A stretch of DNA of 62,157 nucleotides, counting the filler, from Catajapyx aquilonaris (Eukaryota), in NCBI GenBank assembly GCA_000934665.2. It is 3 parts of 3 records of this genome, joined end to end, with 100 filler letters (N's around TTAATTAATTAA, not from the genome) between each part and the next. Parts side by side here need not be neighbours in the genome. Positions count along the whole stretch, not along the records: positions 1 to 20,662 come from KZ539498.1; 2 more parts are not named here. One strand, written 5' to 3'. The position numbers and the translations under genes were made by a program. The notes under the pieces are model-generated. The model did not search any database and was not told where the DNA came from. It worked only from the letters and a program-made list of their open reading frames with translations. Shown piece after piece: positions 1 to 11,909 of the stretch (positions within the stretch are counted from its first letter, which is position 1; the number at the start of each line of letters is the position of its first letter).

Positions 1-1550
1 TGCGGTTCTTCACTACTCTAGTGAAGAACCGCAAGAAGAACCACCTGCAAGAAAACCAGCCTCTGCCAACCCAGCATTGACATTATGAGTATCTCGAAAA
101 GGCGTGATATCATTGAACCCAAGCATTCGGATTTCTTCAATGACTTCTTCTTGGTTGTCAAGCGTATTCTTGATTTGGTTGAACATTTCTGTGTCACAAT
201 TGCTTATCATAAAGGTTGTAAACACTGTAAATAAATAGATGATAGATATGCTATTTTCTATACCTTAACTAGCTATCCTTGGAAATACCACCACCACGTC
301 AGCTGCTATAGGAAACTTTAGAAGCCATTATCTCGTAAACTCATGTATGTCAGCCGCAACGAACTTCACTTTTCACATCAACCATATCGATTCTTGCCCT
401 ATGCCAAGTGTCATAGGGCTACTCAACTTACAGCAAGTACCGTTCCCTTGTTAGCCTCCTTTCCGACGCGAGGAAAGCACTGCATACTGGAGCGCGGCGA
501 TTATTTTCCCACCTGACACTGATCTAACACCTCAAAATTCATACCTTTTCTGGTGTACAGGGTGAAGGTATATTCTCCCGCCAAATCGCCAGGTAGACTC
601 ATAGTACAGTACTCTTAAAACTAATATAGGGATGTGCAAGTGGTATTGGGCGCCGTTGCAAACTAATTCCATAGGCGCATTCTCCTGGTGTTTCTCTTTC
701 TTTTGATATACCGGTATAATATGTTCATTGGGTTTTGACCAATTCCACTAACAGAATAAAATTCTCCAAAAAAGGCCTCATTTTCGGCCTTTTACCAAGT
801 TTCTCGAATTTCCCCCTCCCAACGGTATTGTGCAATGTGGTTGAAACTTAGTATGCAGCATTATGGCATATGTCGGTACATCTGTGATTATTTTCACCAA
901 GATCCGAGATGATGTAAAAACATTTCGGCTCACTTGATTCGGAAAGACCCATAGTAAACCGGTCCAAACTTGAAAACGAGATATCCCAAAAACTGTGCCT
1001 GACAGCACAATTATTCTAAGCGCAGATATGGAATCAGCGGAATAAAAACCCAGTAGAAACAGGTATTATTACTCGAGCAAATATTTCCTTGTCAAACAGT
1101 GTAATAGAAGTGCCCTGGGCCGTATCCGCACCATGGAACATTTAAGTAATAATAATTTTCACAAAGATCGTGATAATGCTGTGCTTAAGAAAACCTTGCC
1201 TTATACCTGCATACCCTGCTTAGACCAGCATGCTGGTATGGGCATCAAATTGTGAATTTTTAAAAGCTGGTCTACCTCGGCTACACCGGCCTGCCGCTTT
1301 AAGTGAGGTAATACAGTACTACCTGCACCTCAATTGGTTATGAGCGGTTATGAGCTACTTTCTCTACAATTCCTACTATTTAAAAAAAAAATAGTCGACT
1401 TTTCTCATTCAACCATTATCCACCTGTTCCAGCAAAAATCTTGATTTGCCAAGTAAAATAAGCCTATGTATTTTATGACATATTTGGTAATATCGATGAA
1501 TCTTACAGATACACTGCCAATTAAAGGGTTAACACATAATTATTTTGTAC

Positions 1551-2524
1551 CTTGTTTTGCGGAATGTAGTGTTCCCTCATTTGATGGAGTTCCAGGTCCT
1601 TTTTTGTTGCAAAAGGTTTGTCGCAGTCACTACAGAAGAGGACATGGACCAGACGGACAAAGGGGAGCTTTGCCTGGGGAAGCAAAGAAAGAAACAGCTT
1701 TTTTTCTAAGAATTTTGGCAATTCCGGCAATTTTAGGTTGGAAGTTTCGACATGTTTGTTTTGGTCAATTCCCCTGAGTGGTTAGTCTGAGGGGCCCACC
1801 CAAGATGAAACCAGAGATTCTGAACTCCACACGAGAATGTCAGGGAAACCAAGGCTTGGAATTGACACAAGGACCCTTCCAATCCTGGAGGCAAGTGAGG
1901 CCACAGTGCCACTCTGTCTGGTCGTAGTTGCTCTTATTTGGTCAATTAACTGAAAATCAGCGCCTTGAGGACTGCTTCCTTGCAACATAATGTCAGAGGA
2001 AAATATTTTCGTAGGCCCTGAAGTTAGTGTGGCCAATGTAACACTTTAGAAACAAGCAGCTTCCTGCCAGAAAATTGCTCACCACTGTGAACACATTGCA
2101 CATTTGCAATTATACTCATGTTTTGCTGTTTGCCATTTTTCCCTAAAATTCCCTAAATTGAAAATTCCCTAAAATTGAAGAAAACTAATGGCATGGAATA
2201 ATCAACAAATACTTCACTGGAAGTTGCATCTCATTAATTTCCATGAAGACAATTTCAATCAGACAGACAGGTTCATGTTAATGAGCACATGCTGTTTGAG
2301 TAATTGCTTGATGAAAGAGAGTGACCTCACCTTTTGTTTTCTTGAAGGCCCAACTTGAGATTCCACTGCCCCGTCCCTTGGCAGCACCTTTGGCTTTCTG
2401 TAACTCCTTAAGAATTGCCTGTCTCGAGCCTGCTCCTCTACGTCCACCTCTTCCTTCACTGGTGCTGCCAAGGGCCGCTCACCATTTCTCACATTCTCTT
2501 CTCTCTGCGTGTCCATGTCCAACC
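1551..2524 (-). CDS. C2H2 zinc-finger paralog C (partial): acidic exon ~2331-2524 and 123-nt single-finger exon 1551-1673
   Basis: Exon 1551-1673 (cttccccag|GCAAAG ... AAG|gtacaa) encodes AKLPFVRLVHVLFCSDCDKPFATKKDLELHQMREHYIPQNK. It has the same length and phase as exons 4179-4301 and 13694-13816. The upstream exon contains PVKEEVDVEEQ and ends at AAG|gtgagg. It may be a separate gene or further exons of copy A. Confidence 0.6.
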
Positions 2525-4178
2525 CTGCAGGAGACTGAAAAATTTCCAGTGAGGTCACATTTCACCCCCCCTGTTACGGCCAAATATGATGAAAATGTAC
2601 CATAAAATTGCACATGTAAACATGGCCGAACAGGAAAGGTACCTTTGTGTCCACTCATAATTTTCACCACAATTGATTTTGTGCCCAACAGTAGCAAGCC
2701 CGCAGTAGTTATAGGCAGGTAACACAGAAATTTGCAGACATGTGATGTCAACATCGATATGGTTATTAGACCTTCAAAACTAAAAATTGGCCCAAGATGC
2801 AAGTGCTTGCAGAAGTGCTAACGATCCTCACTTTCTGGACATGCTCATTTACTAAAGCCCATTAACCATGGATCAGTACCATAAGGTAATTAAATACCAC
2901 ATATCTGATGTAGTGAAAATGTTCAAGCTACCACAATAAATTGCTCTGGTATTTTTTTTAAAATGATGGATTATTGTAAATAAATTCCTAATAAATTTAA
3001 TCAACTTTTAAAAGAAGGGATATCAATATTCCCATTAATAGACAAATGGAAGAAAAATCTCGTCAGAGAAACGATGCAAAAATGACAAATTACAATCAAT
3101 ATCAGGAGAAAACTCTTCATAAAAACCAAGTATTGTAACTTTACATGAGAAGATAATTTATGGGATGGAGTTTGGACAAGAGCTATTAATATAATTTAGC
3201 AGAGGACCTGTTATTTGCACGGGTTTGATAAATTTTAAAAGCAGAGAAATTTCTATAACCTACATAATATATTATGCCTCTAGGAGCTTTCGCCCCATTG
3301 CATATTCTATTCGCCACAGTTCGCTGTGGTCGTCGGGACAGAGTGACACTTGCATGCAATTGATTCTTGGCAAAGCCACAATAACTTGCAAGTAACCTGG
3401 TGTCGCCTGGGTGTGTTGTGGTGGTAGAGGTATGGGTATGCAAGAATGAAATACACTTCATCAACTTTCCAGTTACTCATTTGAAGTTCTCTAAACTTTG
3501 CCACACCAGTTTTGGGCTATTACTTTTGCCTGCTCTATTGGACCATCGGCCATGACACAGTCAATACGTTGAGCCTGGGTCAACCCATTCCTCTTCCCCA
3601 ACATTTTAAAACTTGACTGAACAGTGAACGAAACCTGAAGGCAGGGCACCTATACGAATCATGAGTCGCAATCTTCTTGGCCCCCCTGCAAGCCGTCTCT
3701 TCGTTTTCCAACCAGAAATATTGTAGTTCCCTTTCCTCACGAATATCTTACAAGCCACGGTCAGATAGCAATTTCAGCAATTATGAGACATGGTATGGAC
3801 TTATGGTGTAGGGCAGTGATTTCCGTTATGAACATAGATTTTCTCTGAAGGGAGACCGAAATCCCTTCCACGTTAGGGAGGTTCCGCTACATCTGTCAAT
3901 TAATACATTGCATGCGTTATACATATGCCCCTTCCCCGCAGAAAACTTTCGGCAATAGATAGGTTTCCCCTACAACCAGGGACCGCAATGGGCAGGTTTC
4001 GCTGTAAGTGCTCTCTCAGAGGTGTGGAAGTGGATTGAGCTATCTACAGTGTAATTTTTCCTTACTCCTTCTCATTCACCTTTTATGCACCTTTTGCACC
4101 AAAAATTGATTTTCAAAGAAAGGTACGTACATATCCTTACAGTACTTGGTAGAAACATTAACATTTGATATGCTGTAC

Positions 4179-5437
4179 CTTGCTCTGAGGAGTGCGGTGT
4201 TCCCTCATCTGATGGCGTTCCAGGTGCACCTTTGTTGCAAATGGTTTCTTGCAGTCATCGCAGAAGAGGAGATCCGCCAGATTGACAGAGGTGATCTTTG
4301 CCTGAGGAAGCAAAGAACAGCACAGCTTCACTTCCAAGAATCCTGTTAATCCATTGTTGCAATTTTTAGTTGGAAGATATTATCATTATTGCATGAGGAG
4401 GCAAAATTTTAACACTAACTTGACTTCTCTGTGAAAGACATGGAATATTCTGCTGCTTTATAATAATCCCCAACCGCTCACCCATGAGGACAGTGAAGCT
4501 GTGGCAGAAGTACAGGGATAAGCCACATATCATTACCCTTCCATCCTGCCAGTCCAACTTCCAATATTGTACGGATGCATAAAGCAGAGAGAACAGAACT
4601 TTCTTTGAAACTCAATTATGATTAAACCATGTAGTCAAGTCATAAACTAGGCTTCTCAAGGCAAGGTGAGCTCGTCTGGAATAAGGCTCACCTCCAAAAG
4701 GAAGGAGTGACGCTTCCCATATTGATGTTATAGTTTTCATTGCACTATGGGGAATTTCAAGTGATTTCCCCTTTGCAGCCTATTCCAGAGGGACTGCTTT
4801 TGTCACACCCTACACCAATAATAATAATTCTGCTGATGATGATGAAAACATCCTGCTGTTCATTACCAGGTGTCACTTCCAATGCAAGTAAGGCACTGTA
4901 TACTGGTAAGATCGTGACTTTCCTGCATCTGTCCCTTATCCAAGCTTCCTAGTCTCGAGTTTTGCATCTCAAGGTTGAGGCACACATGTGCTCTGCTCAG
5001 TATATCCAGAACTCTTAATGAACTACATTACGCCTCCTGTGTGCACTTTGCAGTTCTTCCTAGAGCAGGTGTTGGAAACTTCCCCCATGGACCTGAAGTC
5101 ATATCTGTCTATGACGTCAGACCTACAGGGACATTTTCTGACATCTCCTGCAGGAAGAACTGCAACATGGCATGGCACTTTACTGCCCAGCAACTTTTGA
5201 GACACCCTGCAGTTCTCTCACCTGAGCATTTGCATCTCCTCCACTTGCACCACCTTCCCCTTCCTCTAATCGAAGAGTGACCACCACTTGATTCTCCTCC
5301 TCCTCCGCTTCATCCACCTCCCTCTTGACCATGTCCCACTTGGAGTGGGTCATGCTGTGTCCCACGAGCAGGCATCTCCTCTCAAAGACCTGGTCGCAGT
5401 AGGGGCAGGGGAAGGTCCCCAAGGCCATCATGTCCAT
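4179..5437 (-). CDS. C2H2 zinc-finger paralog A: exons 5222-5437 and 4179-4301; 3' end unresolved
   Basis: ATG at 5437 begins MDMMALGTFPCPYCDQVFERRCLLVGHSMTH (CxxC..H..H), with donor CAG|gtgag. The second exon reads AKITSVNLADLLFCDDCKKPFATKVHLERHQMREH. It is closely similar to paralog B at 13694-14970. Confidence 0.7.
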
Positions 5438-5520
5438 GTTTGCCTAATGTTGTGCCCACCAAACCGCAGTGTAGGGGACGACGCCTGGTGTCCTCAGTAC
5501 CTAAAGAGTACATGTCATTA

Positions 5521-5841
5521 CAGTAGAGCATCAATTATCCGAAACAATTGGGAACTGGGGGTGTTCGGGTAACTGATTTTTCAGATAACCAATCATTTAC
5601 GAAAAAAAATTGTGCCGGTGTCATAGGAGCAATATGAAACAAAGAAACAGTGATATTAAACACGAAACTGTATATTTTGTATCGCACGTCTTAAAAGTAC
5701 AAACCTTACATAAAGTACATGCCACAGCACTAGCAGCCACAAGAGGAACTACATGGCGAGCAAATTTGAATTTGCCAACTCGAACGCTCTCGGTTGAGCA
5801 ATGTTTCGGTTGATCGGTATACAGATAATCGATGCTCTACT
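5521..5841. mobile_element. Tc1/mariner-type MITE
   Basis: TA|cagtagagcatcaattatc at the left end is inverted to gataatcgatgctctact at ~5824-5841. Confidence 0.5.
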
Positions 5842-5892
5842 TGACAGTGTCTGAACTGTTCTGAAACAATCCAAACCAAACAAAAACTAAAC

Positions 5893-5993
5893 CTAAACCA
5901 CTGCAGAGCTCTCTCAGGATGGGTAGGATACCTAAACAAGGCCACCGGTGCTGGACTTTTTAATCCCGACACACCGCACACACTGCACAGCAT
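5893..5993 (-). other. THAP-domain-like N-terminal coding fragment
   Basis: MLCSVCGVSGLKSPAPVALFRYPTHPERALQWF matches the CxxC...FxxP....W pattern of the first half of a THAP domain. The second half was not found. Confidence 0.4.
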
Positions 5994-7019
5994 AGCGGCA
6001 TCAAGCAGCACATCCGCGCACCCGAGTGTGCCTGGTGCCTCGTTGGAGCTCCTGCAACGCCAAGGCAGAGACTTTTATATTACACTACCGTATAATAAGA
6101 GGAGTTGCGTAGGGCTGGTCTGCATTGACTGATACCTTGACATCATGGCAAATTAGTCTCCCCCACCAGCTGAGGTATGCTTACCCCTGCAGCGTAACTG
6201 CGCCCAACATGCCAAATTTCACTTCTGAATTGATGTGCGCATTCCGGACATTGCCTGAACATGCCCCCTTCATTGCAAATTGTGCTGGACAAACGAAGCC
6301 TGTGCGCCACCACACCACTGCTGCTGTGAAGTGCAAATAATGGCCGGTTAAGGGTGCCATCTACGTGTGCATGTCTGTGTGCCAACGTCCCCAAGTGTCC
6401 TTCTGCTCAGTGTGCAACCATACATGCATTGGCCCATACCTTTTGTCTTACCAACTCCACCTCCTCCAGTCCAACAGTGGGTTGCCGTTCTCTGATCCCT
6501 TCGCACTGCCTCGTGTGTCCCCCAAGCAGCATCCGAGAGAGAGGAGGAGCGAGCAGGCAGGCAGGGAAGAGACATGGGGGCTGAAGAAGAGACGGAGCCG
6601 ACAGAAGAAAAAGGAAGAGACGCCCAACAAACGTCCTTGCGCCCAACCCTTCCGGAGGCGTCTAGTCCACGCACGAGGAACGAGGAACGGACCGAGCGTC
6701 GGAGCCACGCGTCGGAGCGGCGAACGGACCAAGCGTGAGTGGGGGCGCATTCGAGTCGATGGCCACGGCAGTCCCGCCATCTCTCCGCCGATTTGGGAAC
6801 CAGGTTTGAACAGTGACCGCCAAGGTCCACAGAATTAAAATCTTTCATAAAAACCACAGGAATTTACCAAAAGCAACACTTGAATTTGCCTCGTTAATGT
6901 CCTTCATTTCAGTTCCCCTACTTGGAATACAAACAGTGCAAGAAATCAATTAAATTCAGCAAATTAAAATTGGCAAAACCTATCCAGACGTGATGTGACT
7001 TGTGATGCATACAACTCAA

Positions 7020-7583
7020 TTTCCTTCCGCACTTGGAAACTTTGCCAGGATGATGAAGGTAGGTTGTTACGGAGATCGCCATCTAGAGGAAAAGACATAC
7101 GATCCTGCAGCAATGGAAAATAATTATTTCCATTCGCTGATTACATTACCGCGCTGTGATGATTCCAGTTCGAACCCGAAAGAACCAGGGCGAGACTTCC
7201 ACTTGAGGGCCTCCTCCTGGTGGTGCCAGTCGACTGAGGTCAGGTCGATCTTTAGAAGGTCGTGTACAGTAAAAAAAAATGATTAAGCAGCATGACGGCT
7301 AATTGCACGAACTTCAGAAGGAAGGTCATCCGCCTCTCATTTCCGAGTGCAGTAGCGTCCCATGTAAAGTTGACACCATGCAGCGAAGGGGATCGGAGCC
7401 AGTGTGTGAGAAAAGCCAGTTCCTCTTGTACTGCTTGTCTCGTGTGTTATCCTCTGAAAACAGTCCGAATGGTATCCTTGAAATGATGGGCACTGGACGG
7501 AAAGAATCATATACGCCGGACATGGTTGGACTCGAAACACTTTTCTGCTCGTTTGAACAAAGCGTCATCGTGTTACGTACCAA
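7020..7583 (-). pseudogene. Gustatory receptor pseudogene (internally deleted paralog of the 9070-10556 gene)
   Basis: The N-terminus VYDSFRPVPIISRIPFGLF matches VYDSFRPVAITSRIFSLF. An exon-2 remnant reads DLTSVDWHHQ / PQVEVSPWFFRVRTGIITA. An exon-3 remnant starts ctctag|ATG MAISVTTY and is frameshifted. Most of exon 1 is missing. Confidence 0.8.
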
Positions 7584-7933
7584 GGGGAGTGCCTTTCATC
7601 TCTATCTGAATGTGTGATGGACGATGGGTGTGACTTGGGCTTCACCCCGATATTCTGACACAATAGGTCACTGAAGTCGATTGTGTCTACAAACGGTAAA
7701 TATTGATGGGAAGGTGCAATCAAAGAATGATGGAGACAGAGGGAGGACTTTTATTGACATTTTTCTAATCAATACATTCTCATTAGTGTGTGTTGAGACA
7801 ATCTTTGTCTCTTTTTGGTATAATGCAGCAGTATTGTAATTTGCTTATGGCCATAACTCTTTTCCACGTCATTTTTATTATGGCTCTTCACCTGCAAAGA
7901 ACCCTACTTATTAGCATAATTATGTGTATATGT

Positions 7934-8570
7934 TAGACTCAAACCCCGAAAACGGTCATTGAGCGAAAAAAAACCGAGCATTTCTCGCAATGCTCTTTTC
8001 AAAACGGGAAGATCACGTAATGTTCCTTTTCAAACCATCCATTTCGCGGAATGCTCATTTTAAAACCGGAAGACCCCGAAATTCTCTTTTTAAAAAGGCC
8101 AGAACCCTCTTCTGGCTTACACAAAAATGTCAGGACGCGAAATTAGTGTCGTGGCTGGTTCAGAAAAAGCCCATAACGCGCTCTAGCAGTTTCTTGTTAC
8201 GCCATGTACAGTACTTGCAGATAACAACAATATGGTGATTTATTTCCATCATCTCCATGGCGTAGTGGGTAACAGGAAACTGCCACAGCGCGTTATGGGC
8301 GCTTTCTGAACCAACCACGACACTAATTTCGCGTCCTGGCATTTTTGCGTAGTCCAGAAAAGCGTTGTGGTCTTTTTAAAAGGAGTATTTCTGGGTCTGC
8401 TCGTTTGAAAACGATCATTTCGCAACCTACCAATTTTATAATGAGCATTTCGCGAAATGGCTGGTTTGAAAATAGGCATTTCGCGATCTCCCCGTTTCGA
8501 AGAGAGAATTCCACGAAATGCTCCGTTGTTTTTTTTTTCGCTCAGTAGCTGTTTTCGGGGTTTGCGCCTA
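7934..8570. mobile_element. Long palindromic MITE (possibly PIF/Harbinger-type)
   Basis: The left arm (caaaccccgaaaac...gagcgaaaaaaaa...cgcgaaattagtgtcgtggctggttcagaaa) is the reverse complement of the right arm. There is no credible ORF. Confidence 0.75.
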
Positions 8571-9069
8571 GCATCTACGCACACAAATTGAGTAGTGCTG
8601 AGATACATAAGCTGTGTGACACATATAGATAATAAAATAAGCACCCCCATGTTATTTTCATATTGGTCATACTTAAATCACGTCAGTTTTTACGAGAGCT
8701 GAATTACTGCACCTCTCCTTCGAAAGTCTATATAGATGCATTCATTCAGTGAATGCGATATTTAATATGTAGTAGGTGCCCTGTCTCAGGTGAAAACTTG
8801 AAGTCTAAAATAATCATATGTAGTACATAGTGCCAGAATTTTTTGTTAGTCATTGCATAACATACGCATTCCTGGACTTCTAGAAGAGTTCTATCAATTC
8901 AACTGGAGAAGTCGCAGCCTCTTTTTTTAAATGCTGATAAAATAAAAGTTCCGAAAAGGATGTAAAATCATCTTCAAATTGTCGAATCTCGTAGTCATTC
9001 CATTCAGCCTCTCATCATCCTGTCTTTCAGGTTCTTCATAACATGTTGTAATCGTAGCAGTATTTTACT

Positions 9070-10556
9070 TCAATGCCCTTCTGCACCACGAAACTGAGCA
9101 ACTACGACAAGATACGTTGTTATTGAAGCTGCCATCTGAAATGATCAACGCATAAATTAAGTACTAAATAAAAGGCGGAGAGAGACATTCTTGTGGAATT
9201 CAGCTGTGGATAGGCAGGGTTGAAATTGAGTTAGTTTAATAGGTAGTGCAGTAAGTAGCTCAAGTGAATAATTACTCAAGATCAGAGTAAATAATTATTA
9301 CAGCCCAAAAATGGGCCATTTTCAATGCCAACTTACCGCAGTGAGAATCTCCCTCCTGATATGAAAAAAGCAAGCAGAGATTTCCACCTGAGGGTGAGTC
9401 ACTTTGGCGATCAGATCACGAATCACCATTTGTTGATGCCAGTCCAAAGAGGTCAAGTCCACCCTGTGAAGTTCTTGCAACAGTGACGCAGTCTGCGCAG
9501 AAAGGATAATTATTATTATATATTTACATACAGGTACCCATATAAAGTGTGCATTGGTGTTACCTCACGTGTCAACCTGTCAATCACGCATGTAGTGCAT
9601 ACGATTATGGTGACTTTGGCGACCGTGACTAGCATCGGGTGATGGCTGACACGTGTCTCGCTTCCCAGCAAGAGAAAGAAGCATTCATTGATCACTGCGA
9701 CCAGAAGGTGCAGATAAGTCGCGGCCAGTGCCAGGCTGTATGTCTTGTTGAGTTGTCCGACAATGACGCAGAGGTCAGTGAAGGCGCCACTCAGACGGGT
9801 CAAAGGCTGAAGATATGTTATCTGAAACAGCTTCCTCGGATTGTCAGGGGTGGGAAAGGAGCTGGGCAGCTCCCGGACAATATCAGTGATTCCTTGCGAA
9901 ACGGAGGCGAAACGAAGCCGGATAGACTCGGAGAAAAACATGGTTTGGACCAGCATCAGGATAGGAATGAAGACGCACACTTGGAACAGCACGGCGGCCA
10001 AATAGGTGATGGGACCATCTGTCTTTCCCAGACAGCGAGAAATTATGTGCGCCAGTAGCACCACGTACCATATGACGACTGATGCTATCGATGCTTTCCT
10101 CATCCTCCTGTTGACCTCTCCACTTCCGGACATTGCTTGGTCAAAGTCGTGCAGCCTCCTCAAAAGGTCACACACTGACTTGAAGTTGACCTGGAGGATG
10201 ACGTACACGGTCAGCATAGTCAAGTTCATGTTGACGTACTCCAGCAAGTATATTATATCCTCGACAGATTCCAAGTAGAAGATGCGCCACTTGCTCAGCC
10301 GATACTTGTGCATCTGCATTAATATGTTGAGAGAAATGAGAAAAATGGGGCCCAACAAGCAGTAGGGCCAGTACTTTCGGAGAGGTCTCTCGCGAGTGTT
10401 GGCAACCGGAAAGAGACTGAATATCCGGGAAGTGATCGCCACTGGACGGAAAGAGTCGTACACGTCCATGGCCGCGTCTTGCAACTCGGAATGTGCTGCT
10501 TTTCCTTTGCAAAAATTAATCGTGTTTCTACAGACATCGATAATTAATCTGAGCAT
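9070..10556 (-). CDS. Insect-type gustatory receptor (7tm_7 family), ~404 aa, exons 9564-10556, 9337-9492, 9070-9135
   Basis: Exon 1 has multiple hydrophobic helices and both introns are phase-0 GT-AG. The last exon MAASITTYLVVVAQF carries the TYhhhhhQF TM7 signature of Gr proteins. Confidence 0.9.
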
Positions 10557-11909
10557 AAGTTATGCAAGTGGGTGTGGTGTAGCTTGCTATATGTGATGGT
10601 GGGTGGGAGCAGCGTCGCGCAAAAGATATATACAGCATGTGACATCTAAATTGATGGAGACAACCGCATCTACGGTTCGATGAAAGAACAAACACAAAAG
10701 CAACACACGCAAAGGAGATAAAGTGATGGGTGTTTCTTCAGATAATCGATATGCCACCACATTCATCGCCTTATTTGGAATCATTTTCTTCGTTCTCGTC
10801 CTGTTGTTGTTGTTGTCATTTAGGCCTATTTGTAAATTGGACAGAAAGAAATATGGAATTTTAAATAATATTGATTTGAGGTTAAAACACAGATAAACGG
10901 TAAATAAATGGAAACTAAAGGCAAAAACCACCCTACATCAAGACTCCATAAAAAGCAGTGGTGATAAAATACTATCTGCTCCTTGGGTGAGCAGTGTGAT
11001 GGCCACATAAATGCAGTTTGACATCTGATAGATTGGTCCTAGTTGGCAATAATTCTGCAGCGACTATTTGCATTGGAGCCATATTAGCAAATTTTGACCT
11101 GAAAATTTTGTAAGTGGTGCTAGGTCCATATTAAATTTTCGCACCAGTGGTCGAGGATACAGCAATCGTCCCGAAGAAAGCCTGCTTGTACACAGGCTCA
11201 TGCGTGGTGCATCGTTGCCTGAAGTCACTGTAAACTTCAGAGGCAACCAGACAGACAACATTCAAGAGGTGCGATTATTTATTTATTTTTCTCTGCCCTT
11301 AACAAACACAACAAAACACAGACACGTATACCGTACAGTATGAAGGTATTGACCACTACCAAAAGTTTGTTACAAAATGTACAATATCATTTTACTTTGC
11401 TTATTTGTGACATTATTAAAATTACATTCATTTACATAATAGTATCTAATCACATTTCTTCCTACAACAGTGTTGAGAAGTAGCCCACAAGGGCACTGTA
11501 TATGCTCACTGGGCAATATTAACCCCTTCGCTATTAGATCTACTCGCCCTCGCCTAGTTTTTCACTTACGCGTACACGGAAGATTTTTCCTCGTCTAGAA
11601 GTCCCTAAATTAATTTCCAAAATGATCGCTGTAAAACTCGACATTCGAGTACTGCCAGCCAACTACTTGGCTGATTTAATTATGATATGCGTTAAAATAT
11701 ACGGAATAACAACCTTGAGAACAGTGGCAGACGAATCTGCTGAAATCGTCGTACTTTGAGAGAAATACATGAAATTCTTATCTGCGGCTTTCCTGTTACT
11801 TCGGAAAACTCCCAAATTAATTTAAATGTGAGCTTTCAATGTATCATAACAAACAAAAGATTTTGCCACTCCCGACAACTGTATAATTTCTCTTCTCTTT
11901 GTGTGATAC

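Noticed and set aside
13..225. 70-aa minus-strand ORF with a plausible acceptor at 224
   Set aside because: Its phase does not match the zinc-finger exon at 1551, and I recognise no motif, so it cannot be assigned.
7990..8650. Two similar ORFs on opposite strands
   Set aside because: They are a by-product of the palindromic MITE arms.
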